Source of the DNA: Octopus vulgaris
Lineage: Eukaryota
Reading direction: 5' to 3'
DNA length: 64,000 bases
Assembly: GCA_951406725.2 (NCBI GenBank)
Contig: OX597826.1
Span: 3,596,001 to 3,660,000 of the forward strand
The stretch's first letter is position 1. The number at the start of each line of letters is the position of its first letter. The notes under the pieces are model-generated. The model saw only the letters and a list, made by a program, of their open reading frames with translations, had not been told where the DNA came from and did not search any database. Made by a program: the position numbers and the translations under genes. Below are positions 27,793 to 42,254 of the stretch, piece after piece.

Positions 27793-28174
27793 CTAGCAGT
27801 ATCGCCCGGCGTTGCTCAGGTTTGTAAGGGAAATAACTATAAAGCATTTTTAGAGAGTTATAGCCAAAAAATAGCAAGAAAATGGAAAAAAATGATGGTA
27901 AATTTTTTGGAGAGTTAAAAAAGGTGGAGTTGCGTCCCCTAGACGGTCTGTGGTTTGGGTTTCTGATTCTCGACCCCATGTCGAATTTATCGATTTTTTT
28001 CAGAACTGGGGAACTTTTCAAAATTTTCGCTGCGTTAGTTTTGAATTATGACATTGGGCTATGTGTGTGTCAAGTTTCATCAGAATCGGTTGAAAGCCGT
28101 GGTCAGAGTGAGGGTACGAGAAAACAGACACACAGAAACACGCACAGACAAACTGCCGTTTATATAGAGAGAGA
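27793..28174 (-). mobile_element. non-autonomous Helitron
   Basis: A|TCTCTCTCTATATAAACGGCAG...GAGCAACGCCGGGCGATACTGCTAG|T; same 3' end as 9209-9589. Confidence 0.85.
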
Positions 28175-29344
28175 TGATGTAGCGCCAATGAGTGCTGAAA
28201 CAACCACTGTCCACTCTTCTATTTCCTGTTATTTACTGGTATAAAACCATTAATAAATCTGAATAAAACGTAATTCTGAAATAAATTCGTTAATAATATA
28301 CCATCATTTACTCGTAACAAGCGATTGCATGAATGGATGTCGAAAGTTATGAATACAAATGATAAAAAAAAAAAAAATTATGCAAAATAAAAACCAGCTT
28401 AGAATGCTTCAAATAGATATAAAATTTTACTCTATGATGTACGCTGAAGATTGATACCGACAATAATGGGAAAGATGGTAACGTTTCTAAAAACAGTACA
28501 GAATACTAAATTTAAACTGAATTCAATATTTTACCCTTGATTTAAATTAAACAGAAAATAATTACTTCTAGAATGCACACCCCAGAAAGAAAAACAAAGA
28601 AATTTTCAAGATGATGGAGGTGAGTTGGAGAGAGTAAATGAAACGTTGTGTGGGAGATGCAGAAACATAACACATTTAGACATAGACACAAATACGTATA
28701 TATGTATGTGTATGTGTGTATGTATATAGATATGTATGAGTGTGAGTATTTGTTATATAAGACTATATGTTTATATGGTTCAATGAATAGTAAGTTGATA
28801 TATATTTTCCTGCTATATACCACAGAGTGTGTTTCTGAATAGATGTTTCCATGTTTTGCCGTTGCTATTTCCCCACATTGAAGCAGAGATTATAAAACAA
28901 GTTATGTCCATATCTTAATCACATCGGTTCTGGAATTACACTAGTTTCCAGCAGCTTTGTGGTTAGCATATATTACCAAAAGCCAGCCTAGTTGCATGTT
29001 TCTAGTATATATAAGGTATATATTCTAAATATCCAGGCAAAAAATATTAAACAATTTCAGATCTTAATACATACATTTTTTTTCTTGTATACTGTTTCAA
29101 AAGAGGTTATAATCGTTGTTAATTTGGCCCCGTTAAAATATATACATAAGCTCAATGGTATTCGCTAAAATATCCACTCTAAATGATTTAGGGCCTTTAC
29201 ATTCATAAAACTGTTATCTTAAACGTTCAGATCAAAACAGAGATGTGGCTCAGGCAAACAACAATATCGCAGAAGTTTCCTCTGTAAATCAACAGTACAA
29301 AAATAGCGAGAGAGAACAGTACGTATAAAGAATGCTAATATCGG

Positions 29345-29513
29345 TTTCGAGGAGATGGTCAGTCAATTACATCGACCCCAGGGCTCAACATTTACCCTAG
29401 AATGGATGAAAGGAAAATCGACCTCACCAGAATTTGATCTCGGAACGTAAAGACTAATGAAAGGTTGCTAAGTATTCTGTCCGGAGCGGTAACGATTCTG
29501 CGAGCTCACCGTC
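29345..29513 (-). mobile_element. SINE family B, degenerate
   Basis: ATTACATCGACCCCAG...GATGAAAGG...GAATTTGA. Confidence 0.65.
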
Positions 29514-29543
29514 TTAGAGTATGCCAATATTAAAACAGAAGAA

Positions 29544-29947
29544 GGCGGCGAGCTGGCAGAAACGTTAGCACGCCGGGCAAAATGCTTAGCGGTGTTGCGT
29601 CTGCCGCTACGTTCTGAGTTCAAATTCCGCCGAGGTCGACGTTGCCTTTCATCCTTTCGGGATCGATAAATTAAGTACCAGTTTCGCACTGGGGTCGATG
29701 TAATCGACTTAATCCGTTTGTCTGTCCTTGTTTGTCTCTTCTGTGTTTAGCTCCTTGTGGGTAGTAAAGAAATAGGTATTTCGTCTGTCTTTACGCTCTG
29801 AGTTCAAATTCCGCCGAGGTCGACTTTGTCTTTTTATCCTTTTGAGGTCGAGGAAATACGTACCAGCTGAGCAGTGTGGTCGATGTATTCTATTTACTCT
29901 CTTCCACGAGCTTCCTGGCATTGTGCCAACATTTGAAACCAATATTA
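29544..29947 (+). mobile_element. two family B SINEs in tandem (long-tail 29544-29774, then 5'-lacking short-tail 29775-29947)
   Basis: Two successive TTCAAATTCCGCCGAGGTCGAC cores with different tails. Confidence 0.85.
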
Positions 29948-30508
29948 AAACCGAAAACACATACGTAACTTCACTACGAAGATGTTTTATAGATTAACGA
30001 ATTTTAACAAATTGATAACAAATGCAGTATTCGAATTAATGGAAACGGCCCTTTAGCTGCTGCATGAAACTCAAAAATGTTTATACAAGCTTTGCACATA
30101 ACTTTCTCCTAAATATTATTTTCGGAGAAAACATCTATCTAAAGTCTACGTATATTACTGCATGTATGTGCTAAGTAAAATTTATGCCATATCTTTATGC
30201 TTTTGGTTTCTCTAATTATTTCTGCCATTTATTAGCTGACATTTCAGTCAAAACACTACTTTCTCATGTCTACGAATGATGACACACAAATTTATGAATA
30301 GAAACACGGGGGAAAAAGTAAATAAGCTGTAACGAGAAAAACAACAACAATAATAGTTACAACAATTGTTACAATTATTGATTTTTTTTTTCATTTGTTT
30401 GTTATTATTATCAGCGAAGTCGTTGTTGCGGCTGCTTTTGCGCTCATCATTTATTATAACAAAATGATGAGGATGACTTTTTAAACCCCAGGATATGCCT
30501 GGCATATA

Positions 30509-30718
30509 CTCTATTACTCTTTTACTTGTTTCAGTCATTTGATTGTGGCCATGCTGGAGCACCGCCTTTAGTAGAGCGAATCGACCCCCTGGACTTTATA
30601 AGCCTAGTACTTATTCTATCGGTCTCTTTTGCCGAACCGCTAAGTTACTGGGACGTAAACACACCAGCATCGTTTGTCAAGCGATGTTGGGGTGGGGGAC
30701 AAACATATACACAAACAT

Positions 30719-30765
<47 letters not shown>

Positions 30766-30925
30766 TTCATATATACGACAGGATTCTTTCAGTTTCCGTC
30801 TACCAAATCCACTCACAAGGCTTTAGTCGGCCCGAGGCTATAGTAGAAGGCACTTGCCCAAGGTGCTATGCAGTGGGAATGAACTCGGAACCATGTGGCT
30901 GGTAAGCAAGCTACATATTACACAC
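30509..30925 (-). mobile_element. SINE family A, near full length
   Basis: Match to family A with internal (CA)n. Confidence 0.9.
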
Positions 30926-31017
30926 ACATAAATAAATAAATGCTTAGATCGCACATATATACATACATAAAAATACATGCATAGATAAGAAATAAAATGT
31001 ATGTTTAAATACAGGCT

Positions 31018-31220
31018 TCAAAATTTGGAACGAGGCCATCAATTTCATGGGAGGAGGTTAATCGATTACATCGACCCCAGGGCTCAACTGGTACATATTT
31101 TATCGACCCAGAAAGGATGAACAGCACAGTCGGCTTCGGGGAATTTAAACTCAGACCGTAAAGACGGACGGGAAGCCGTTAAGCATTTTCCCCAGCCTGC
31201 TAAAGATTCTGCCTGCTCGA
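31018..31220 (-). mobile_element. SINE family B, short-tail type
   Basis: ATCGATTACATCGACCCCAG...TTATCGACCC.GAAAGGATGAA. Confidence 0.75.
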
Positions 31221-32342
31221 TGTTTCATGTATATAATTACATTTGCATAAAGGAGCTTATGTAACTAATTTCAGGACTTAATCGTAAATTGAAATGCGCA
31301 GACGAAAAATATATATCGTTCCTTTTGCTGTAAAGAAGTGCCTATTTCTTTTGTAACTACAGACTGGAATGATTGAGGTGTCTGCAATTTGATCACTACG
31401 TATTTGGGCTATTCAAGGCAGCCTATTGCTAGAGTGAAAGAATTGGCGACAGAGAGAGAGAAAGAAAGAGGGAAGGAGAGATAGATGGGGAGAGAGAGAA
31501 AGAAATAGAAGGAGAGAAAAAGTGGGAGCTATACTGTTTTCGATATAACACAAAATAACACTGAACGGGCTTTGAACTCAGAGCGCAGAGAGGCGAAAAA
31601 TGTAACAAAGTATTGGATTCCATGTGTTCAAGTCTTATAATTCACCGCCTTGGAGCATAACCGTTGCAGCTTTACTAGTGATAAGTGAAAGCTGCTTAAA
31701 TAATTATAACTGAAAAACTCAGGTATCGGTAATGCTTGTTCTCCGTTGTAATTGCAGTGAATTGAATTTCTGTGTATGATATATATATATATATATATAT
31801 ATTTATATTGATGTGAGCCTGGGGCATAAACCGAAGTCCTCAAAACGTTGAGATTAGAAATATATCTCGCAATTTGTAAGTCCTTTGTTTTGAATGTAGG
31901 TAAATGCAGTCTGAACATTCCTGCTACTTAGTATGGGAAAATGCTGACGATGATATTTGGATGAGCAACAAAATGTGTGATAGAAAGTGGAAAACACTGA
32001 GAAAGTGTGGAGAATGCTGAGTTGCAAACAGGGTGACACAAATGTGTCTATATCTAATCTCTGAGAATGGTACTGAGAGTGAAAGGGAGCAAGAGAGCGC
32101 GAGAAGAAAAAGAGAGACAGACAGATTGACAGACAAATAAAGTGGAAAAAGAGAAAGTAAGTCGAGAGAAAAAGCCGCTAGTAATGGAAAGGGACTTTTG
32201 TTTACAGATTCTGAAATGAGGAAAGGTAAGGATCTCGACTAGTAGACGACTTGTGAATGGTCGCGCAAGACGTTTCATCTGATGCTAATTTATTGCAATT
32301 TAACGTATACATACGCACACACTGACACACTTACACACACAG

Positions 32343-32438
<96 letters not shown>

Positions 32439-32546
32439 TGCATCTATGTATGTATGCCTTATTTATGTGGACGCACACACACGATCTATATGTGATATAA
32501 ATATATATAATTTATATATGATATATATATATATATATATATGTTT

Positions 32547-32646
32547 CTCGAAACGTTAAAGATTTTTCACTTCCCGAGCATTATACTAGTACATCTGTTT
32601 GTTGTCGACACCGCCTGTCTACGTCTTTTGTGTCCTTGTGAATTCT

Positions 32647-32650
<4 letters not shown>
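32547..32650 (+). mobile_element. family H2 fragment beginning at the GAAACGT box
   Basis: Reverse-complement homology to 19531-19635; (TA)n flanks. Confidence 0.6.
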
Positions 32651-32689
<39 letters not shown>

Positions 32690-33484
32690 ACTGAATACTA
32701 TAGTGCTAATTTACCAAACTTTTTATTGAGTCTTGACAGGAAACTGCATGAACGGGAGATCAAAGCCAAGATCACGTGGACTCGAATCTCACTTCCTAAC
32801 CTGAAAACAATGCCTACAGTATGTCTTTTAAATTCACACAAAACAATATTTCTCCCAGAAACTGGCAACTTAGGGTTACATCTTAGCATTTGTCACAATT
32901 TGTTGAAAATTTTGTCTCATAAACATTTTTGAAATTCATTTATATGAGAACCGAATATTCAGTAGAAGGCTTCTACATTGTCTTAGAGTAAATTCTTGTA
33001 GATTTATGGCTCTTCAATTGTTGGGATATTGTTTATAAACCGTCAGCATAATTATGACGTACGATGAAATTGCTTTTGCAAACCGATTATTTCTTAATAA
33101 ATTCACAGACAACAGTTGTGCAGGTACGGTTATGTAAGACGAATCGTTTATTAAATGTCACGTATCCGGTTAAAAGAATGGAAAAATATATTAGATATGA
33201 ACGTTGGAAAGACATTTTTAATAAGCAAAAAAAAAGTTTTAAAGTAACTAAGGAAAACTATTAATAATGCTGAACGTCTGGTAGACGTGTAACGAAATAT
33301 ACCGTGGGGCAATCAACTCATAAAAAAATAGAGGTAGGTTACGAAGAAACCTAATATGGCTACACACTGCCACAGGATTACGTGAACATCATAATAATGA
33401 GGAGGCGGAGGGTCGGTGTGGTAGTGGTGGGAGTGTAATATTGGTGGTAGTGGTGGCCGTGACAGGTGTGATAGGGATCTTGGT

Positions 33485-33761
<277 letters not shown>

Positions 33762-33887
33762 GGAATCCTGTCCATTAAACGCCAAAGGTACTTAATTTTT
33801 GACCCCGAAAGGATGAAAGGCAAAGTCAATCTCGGCGCAGTTTGAGCTCAGGACGTGAAAGACATAATAATAAGAATGGTAGTGGGT

Positions 33888-34858
33888 AAAGATATTTAAG
33901 GTTTTAAGAGCTGGGTGACATTCTACACAGAGAAGTGATAGTCAAGGTCAGCGAAGGTCAGTATCAAAAATGGGTGAAGATGCTATTGAAATCCACCGTG
34001 AAAGCCAAAAATTTGTTTACCGCAATGAGTATCTGGGCAGTTGCGGTGGTCAGATATAGTGCGTCCATCTTCAAATGGACAAAAGAGGAATTATCAACAC
34101 TGGATAGAAGGTTGAGAAAGTTGATGACGCTGCATGGGGCGCTACACCCTAAAGCAAACGTAAACAGACTGTATATGTAAAGAAAGAATGGTGGCAGAGG
34201 ACTAATTAGTATAGACCATGTGAAAGGAGAACGCTTGCCGAGTATTTGATAAACAGTGATGAAGACCTGTTGAAATATGCTATGAAAGATATGGGTGTAA
34301 ATGCAGATGAAACGATGTGCAAGGCAGAGCTTAACCAAAGAGTTGAGAAGAGAAAAGATCTTCTTGAAATTGCTTTGTCTTGGTATAAAATATAGGCTAC
34401 AGCAAATATTCTGCTCAATACCACAGGTTTGCTTGTCAGTTGTTTGACTTTAACCAGTTGAGCATGTCCATTAGTGGCTGACAATATGTGCATCACTGAT
34501 CACGAGCAGGTGTAGTGGGGGAGCATCATAGCCATGTGTTGAGATGGATTCTTTGGGGTTTGAATAATTCACTTCTGGAAACATGGGTGTTTCGTTCAAC
34601 ATCCTTAAACAACCCTTATTCAGGGACCTTTTGAGCAAAATGAGTTACTCGACCAGAAGAAAATTCTAAGTGGGCCACGCCTGCAAGGTCATGTGCTGTT
34701 TATCTTGATATGAGATCACCATGTCATGCATACATGGTTGTGATGCATGAGTTTAGTGTACCCTTATTAGACGGGTAGTCATGATGGGTATACTGGGCTT
34801 CGTATATTTTACCCCAGTGTCACTTTGATGGCATGCACTGCTCTCTCACTTAATAATG

Positions 34859-34932
<74 letters not shown>
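33888..34932 (+). mobile_element. 5'-truncated, internally deleted Dong/R4-clade LINE with (TAA)n tail
   Basis: KNLFTAMSIWAVAVVRYSASIFKWTKEELSTLDRRLRKLMTLHGALHPKANVNRLYM*RKNGGRGLISI, typical of the R4/Dong post-RT region; 3' UTR 34370-34850; (TAA)n tail. Confidence 0.85.
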
Positions 34933-34933
<1 letters not shown>

Positions 34934-34936
34934 TTG

Positions 34937-34984
<48 letters not shown>

Positions 34985-36142
34985 ATGGTCTGCAAGTTCG
35001 CATTATACATTCGTGTTTTATTTATTTTTCAAAAAGATACAAATCCTTTATTCTTTATTGTGTTTCTTGTGATATTTGTAATAAATTTCGCTTATGAACC
35101 ACGTTGCAGGAACACATATCTGTATGCATGTGGGCATGCATGCACGTAGGTATAGAAGCATGTGTATATATCTTGTAGAGTCTGTGTGTACGCATGAAAT
35201 GTATTGGGATAATTTTTCTGAATTTCCCACCACTCGAGACAGATGTGCATTCTAGACAATAAACAAAATCTTTTATTGAAATTCAACAAATAGGTCACTG
35301 GCATGCATGTAGGTATGTGTGTATATGCGTATGCATGCATAAATGTATGCAGGTAAATATCTATACACATTCCTTCATGTATATTTGTGTGCTGTAAGAA
35401 TGTATGTATTATAATGTTTGTGTCCGAGACTTTCTCAAAGCGAATCATCCCACGTTAACTTATACTTGAAAAAGATTGAAGCATCATTATAGCTTAAAGG
35501 AGATTGAAACATCAGCATCATTCTAATTAAAAGGAGACTGAGGCAACACTCTAACTGGCCATCGATCATAGTCCCTGGCACTAAGCAAAATAGTACGTTC
35601 ATATAGTTCTGGTGGTATTAACCCTAAGTACTAAACTATATGACCAAGCATTGGAAAGAATGACTGCTATCATTTGTGTGAAACATAAGTTATTATTAAG
35701 TACATTATTTCGGATATAAGAAAGAAAAAAAAATTAAGATATTGACATTGTATAAAGACAGTAATTCAAAGAAGAAAATTATTTTTAGGATACTACGGGA
35801 GAAGATAGTAGTGAGTATGTGACTAAGCAATCAGAAGCGCATCGTAGATGAAGTGAAAGATGATTTGCACATAAAACAGGTTATAAATCGACAAGTTTAC
35901 CTGAGAAAATGTTCTGGGAAACCGACTGCGCACATGTATATATAAATATGCATATCAAATACTTACGTATATATTTGAATATATGTACACATACATTACC
36001 AGCGATATATATGTCTCTACATATAAATGCATATATATATATATATGTTTGTATGTATATATAATGTATATCGATATATATATATAGACACATATGTATA
36101 CATATATATACACATGCATATACATATATATGTTCAGTATAT

Positions 36143-36182
<40 letters not shown>

Positions 36183-36692
36183 TTATATACATTCGCACAT
36201 AGTTATACACGCATAAACGCACACATGCACATACATAAACACGCAAATACATGCATTATATTTCATATCATTGCAAGACAGGATATTTGTTGAATATTGT
36301 GTGTCCTATGAATGATTCATATGGAAAGAGAAATCCGTATATTTTGTAGAAATATTGAAGAAAATACAGATGTATTCGATGATTTGCATGTCAAATATGG
36401 TTTCGGAGTTATTTCTAAGTGAAATCAATTATATAGAATATACGAAATATAGTTTTATGCGTCCAATTAGTTGGAAATCATTGGTAAGTGGATACACACA
36501 CATATATATATACATACAGAAAACCGACGCCCATAGAAACACATACACACATATGCACATACATGCATGTATATTTCCATCAAAATACTTACATCTTATT
36601 TCTCCCTCACATTCTCTCTCTTTTGCTTTGCCTATCGATCTATCAGTCAATGAACCTATCTATGAATTTGTATGTATGTCATTATGTATATC

Positions 36693-36777
<85 letters not shown>

Positions 36778-37357
36778 GTATATAAATATATATATATATG
36801 TATAAATACATACACATGTATATATATATATATATATATATATAAATGTATGCATGTGTGCATGTCTCTGTGTGTGTGTATATATATTTACACATACATA
36901 TATACATACATACATACATATATAAATACATACATATGTATATATATTCCCACATTAATATTGCATTGCTGCTATCAGTGTTTCAGGAATATTTTTTATC
37001 ATGTTTTGTTTTATGTGTTTTATTGCAAAAATCTACATATTTTTAATATTTCGCAAGGAATATTTTGGATCATAAGTGGGGAAAAATCGAAAATATACGA
37101 AAATTGCATATATTGTATGGAACGAGTTGAGGCGAAATACGAACTTTTATACGGAGCGTGGGAGACACGTAGAGGTGATAAATATATATTATTATTCAAT
37201 GGAAAGACAGAAAATGGACAACAGATATACTCTATTATCTCACTTTTGTTAAAGGTGCATATATGAACCTCGTTTCAATATGTCTAGGTATGTGGTATGT
37301 GTTTATATATTTATGTATGAATGCATGAATATATATATATATATATATATATGTACT

Positions 37358-37388
<31 letters not shown>

Positions 37389-37563
37389 ATATACACATGT
37401 GCATGTATGTATTTATACATGTATCTATCTATCTATCTATCTATCTATCTCTCTATCTATATATATATATAAATATATATATGTATGTATGTATTCATTT
37501 ACATATATATATATATATATATTTATATATGTGTGCATTTATATATATATATATATGTGTGTT

Positions 37564-37603
<40 letters not shown>

Positions 37604-37766
37604 TAAATATATATATATATACATTATATATATGTATTTATGTATATATGTATGTATATATATATACGCATATATATACATATATATGCATCATAAATAT
37701 ATGTTCGTGCTACTGTTAGTGGGTGTGTGACTTCGCCGGTTAACGTATATGTGCATATATGCATAT

Positions 37767-37807
<41 letters not shown>

Positions 37808-38449
37808 CAGAGAAAGAGGAGAGAGAGAGAGAGACAGAGAGATGGCGGAAAATATAGATTTTGCAGACATATTCACATATATGCATATTTGAATTTGCGC
37901 GTGTGTGAACATATATACGTATATATTTTGAAACTCGCTCCCATACGTATAGACATTCATACATGTTTGCATACAAGCTTATTCCAGCTTCCAAAACAAT
38001 GTACCAAACAGAAATTGTGTAGCTTATAATTCCTTTTTGAAGTAAAGTAATATTCTTTGGTATTGGATCTTGTACACTTTACTGTTTGTTCAATACATAT
38101 TCAACAATTTACAGGAAATGTTAAAACTACACTAGGAAAGAACGATGTGTCCTGAAATTTGCTCATATGCATGATCTTTGTTTTAAATGCCCGATATATT
38201 TGCTTGAGGATGTGATTAAATATTCTCCCGAAGCAAACAATTGTTTCCTCGGTAACAAGCAAAAGTTCTTGGAATTATGAATGAATCAACTATCTTACCT
38301 TAAGACTCCTTTAGCGACGTCGAAAATCTCGTAAAATATTGCACGAAAATATTCAATTACTTTCAGTTACTTACTCTCTATACCAAGTAGATCTCTACTA
38401 AGGCAACCTCTATTAATATCATCAAAAATAAATTAAAAAGATTCACATA

Positions 38450-38852
38450 GGAGTGGCTGTGTGGTATGTAGCTTGCTTACGATCTACATGGTTCCGGGTT
38501 CAGTCCCACTGCGTGGCACCTTGGGCGAGTGTCTTCTACTATAGCCTCGGGCCAACCAAAGCCTTGTGAGTGGATTTGGTAGACGGAAACTGAAAGAAAG
38601 CCATCGTATATATGTATATGTATATATATGTATGTATGTGTGTATATGTTTGTGTGTCTGTGACTGTCCTCCCAACATCGCTTGACAGCCGATGCTGTTG
38701 TGTTTACGTCCCCGTAACTTAGCGGTTCGGCAAAAGAGACCGATAGTACTAGGCTTACAAAAAATAAGTCCTTGGGTCGATGTGCTCGACAAAATGTGGT
38801 GCTCCAGCATGGCCACAGTCAAATGACTGAAACAAGTAAAAGAGTAAAAGAG
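38450..38852 (+). mobile_element. SINE family A, full length
   Basis: Match to 399-803. Confidence 0.9.
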
Positions 38853-39854
38853 ACATGCCAAGAAAGTTCTGGCTTGGGGAGCACAATTAATCTAGATCTT
38901 TCGGCAATTGAAAGCAATGACTACTTTAGAGGGGATTTTCATAACCTCTCATTCGACAATTAATTCTGTTGAATTTGTCTCAACATTAAATTCGTCACTG
39001 TCATTTAATAAAATCTTCTTAAGTTACGCTCAACCGTTGAATCATTGCCTTTCTTGCACATGATCTTCCTACACAATTGTCATTGTCAGTTGATATCAGA
39101 AACATTGACAAATGAAAAGTGTTCGTGTCACTAGGATTTAGGAATTCGTCAAAAAAGAATGAACAGAAATGTTTGTATTTCACTGAGACTTTATAATATT
39201 CCAGATCGCCAAAACATTATGTACGCATGTAGCTTTAAATCTATTCCGATCTCGATTTATTCTTTGCTTCGGTATCTGTAGAACCTGTACGATTGTTTCA
39301 TTATATTCTGCCACTTTTCGTACAAAGAGTATATTCTGCTAATAACATTTCTGTAATACATAAACTCACAGAGACACACATACATATATATATGCAGAAA
39401 GTGGGAAAGGGGGAGAAAGGGAGAGAGGAAAAAAGAGAAAGAACTCCAGTACAAATTAGCAAATATATTATAGTATAGATAGTAAATATAGGAATAAAAA
39501 AAGTCCCATATTTCATAAGAAATTTAAAAGCCAAAGAGTCTTCTTCATTACCTTGTGATTGGACACTCAAACACACACACACGCACACGCAAACACATAT
39601 ACGTATATATATACATAGATACATCGTACTTACGCGGAGTAGATAAAACAGGGAACAACTGATGAAGGAATTGTCCTTTAAGTTGCCTGTCTCGTTTCTC
39701 TAATTGTTTCTTTCGTTTTTCGAAAAAAAGTTCGTTTTCCATGTTTTTGTTTTTTATGTGTCCGTTTCTCATTTTGTTCACGTTGTTTTTACGTCCTGTA
39801 CCCATATATGCATGTATATATACACATATTAGAAGGTATGCACATATATGTATA

Positions 39855-39890
<36 letters not shown>

Positions 39891-39894
<4 letters not shown>

Positions 39895-40224
39895 TAATTG
39901 TTATCGCCATATTAATATGGCATTCTTATAGATATAAGAATAATCGCTGCCGCTGGTCAGCTCCATGAGGCCACCGCCTTAAGATAGATATTGATACACG
40001 ATCTGTATCCATTATAACCTTCGAACAAGGGCTGACCTCCCTTGTTATAATGGATACAGATCGTGTATCAATAGCTATCTTAAGGCGGTGGCTTCATGGA
40101 GCTGACCAGCGGCGGCGATTATTCTTATATCTATAAGAATGCCATATTATATGGCGATAACAATTAATTTCCAGTATACGCTGTCGTAATCTCTTTTATA
40201 GAGACTTAGTAATTTTAATATTTC

Positions 40225-40228
<4 letters not shown>
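39891..40228. repeat. asymmetric fold-back element in (TA)n
   Basis: Arms 39891-40018 and 40044-40170 nearly identical in reverse complement; unpaired extension to ~40228. Confidence 0.9.
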
Positions 40229-40290
<62 letters not shown>

Positions 40291-41149
40291 GTTATATATG
40301 TGTGTATGTATGTAAGTAAAAATATTTTTTTATTTTATATGGATATGTGTTTGTGCATGTTCAATCTCAGCATGATGTTCTGCAGAAACATATTCATATA
40401 AGTGAATTGAAGGTTTACTTGGTAACTTTTGGACGACGAAAATACAGATAAACAGAAAAAAATTTGTAACCAAGGGGTGCAGATTTTCGATTGTGTATGT
40501 TTTTATGTCTCTGCGTGCGCACACACAGATAAACGCGTACATATACGTTGTTGTGAGTGCATGATTGCATATGTGTGTATTTATGGTGTATAACACTGTG
40601 TCTTGTTTTAATAAGAAGGGCAATGTATGAATGGGATCTATATAGAAAATCAAGAGCGATATTTTTTTACACGAAGCAATTTTGTTCAAATTCTACTCCC
40701 ACAAATATTTGCTTCAAAACATCTTTTCTTTCAAGCTAAGAAGGGGAAGGATAGTACCCTTGACATTTTAGAGTAAGTGTGAGCGTGGTGCGGTTTCTCC
40801 GATTATTGCATCGATTTGGATTTGACTGAAATCTCCATGTCCACTTTAACATATTGCAACACGGGCGACTGACTGACTTTAACACCTAAGGTGAGGAACG
40901 GTATCACCCACCACAAATTTCGGCAACAAGACTTTTGCCTACCTAAAGAAACAGAAAACATAATTTGCCTTAGAGGATTGGTACTTCGATCGGCCACAAA
41001 AAAAAGTCATTTGTGTTGTATATTTATTATACTGATTACATCGTTTGAATATTATCCAGATGCTCTGATTAAATTTCAAATCAGGTTTGAAAAGGTTAAA
41101 TATTTCTTCCCTTAATATTCAGTGTACATTTGATACTGTTGTCACACAA

Positions 41150-41355
41150 ATGGCACCCGGCCGGCGGCATGTAAAAGCACCCATTTCACTCTCTGAGTGG
41201 TTGGCATTAAGAAGGTCATCCAGAGGTAGAAAACCCATGACAAATCAGCCTGCAATGTGGTGCAACCTTCCAGAGCTTACCAGCCCTGTTCAAACCGCCC
41301 AACCTATTCCTGCGTGGACAACGGACGTTAAAAGATGATAATGATGATGATAATG
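41150..41355 (+). mobile_element. 3' part of a further SINE/LINE-tail family with (GAT)n tail, followed by (GAA)n
   Basis: GGTTGGCATTAAGAAGGTCATCCAG..GTAGAAAA motif and ...GGACGTTAAAAGATGATAATGATG end. Confidence 0.5.
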
Positions 41356-42254
41356 AAGAAGAAGAAGAAGAAGAAGAAGAAGAAGAAGAAGAAGAAGAAG
41401 AAGAAGAAGAAAAAGAAGAAGAAGAAGAAGGAGAAGAAGAAGAAGAAGATTTTGGTACGTTTTATGCCAAAAACATCCCCTTGTTGAATGTTTAAGAAAT
41501 GCCTGTGAATTTTTGGTTATTCAATAAATGATTAATATATTCACGGTTACAACTGTCATCTCACCTGTCATGTCAGAAATTATATAAACATAGGAAAGTA
41601 TGAAGTTCTGAGATAAGAGAAAAAAATAACGGAAGCTGAAAACAACATAGTGAATGCTAGTGCAAGAGTCGTCAGCGCGTAGGTTTTCTGATCCTGCTGC
41701 GTTAACCCATCCTTTTATTAATTCAGTAAGAAACTACTACTTTAGAGTGGGTGACTGGTAGAGGATATAGAGCATTGAACGAGATATATTGCAGTGTTCG
41801 GCTTTACTTTAGATTCCTTGGGTTGTAGATTTAATTCATTGCTCAGCTAAACATCTGATCCTTCTTTAGTTCTTCTTTAGTGGTGTTCATTCCGTTGGAA
41901 TCATTAAGGCCAGATCAGCCGCTTGAGAATAAGATTCTCCATTTCTGTTGGTGTTCTTGTTTGTCCACGTGTATCTAAAATTGCAGTAATATAATCAATG
42001 TCACGTCAACCGTGGTAATGCCATATAATATACATAGAATTACATTGTATATCGCAACCTTCCATTCTAAGTTTAGAAATACGATAGAGCAATGTAAAAA
42101 AATTATCTTTGTTTAACGTAAAGGTTCAAGTCCTGAGCTAATAGTTTTCTGATTAAATTAAAAATGTAGATTAATGTGGTGAATATTACATCAAGAAAAT
42201 AAAGGGAAAAATAAAATGCATAAGAAAAATAATTAAACATATAACAATAAAAAT

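Noticed and set aside
36355-37266. 303-aa ORF and apparent exons 36350-36483 and ~37058-37254
   Set aside because: Spans microsatellites; candidate exon phases are incompatible; no recognisable domain
38000-39250. Minus-strand FDVAKGVL resembling an RT GVxQG motif
   Set aside because: Single short motif; no continuous frame
39620-39815. CTGATGAAGG with flanking GGAACAA/TTGTCC pairing
   Set aside because: No GAAA box or stem II, so not a hammerhead; perhaps a pLTR relic
40737-41115. Possible Kolobok-like TIR pair with TTAA
   Set aside because: Inverted match too weak
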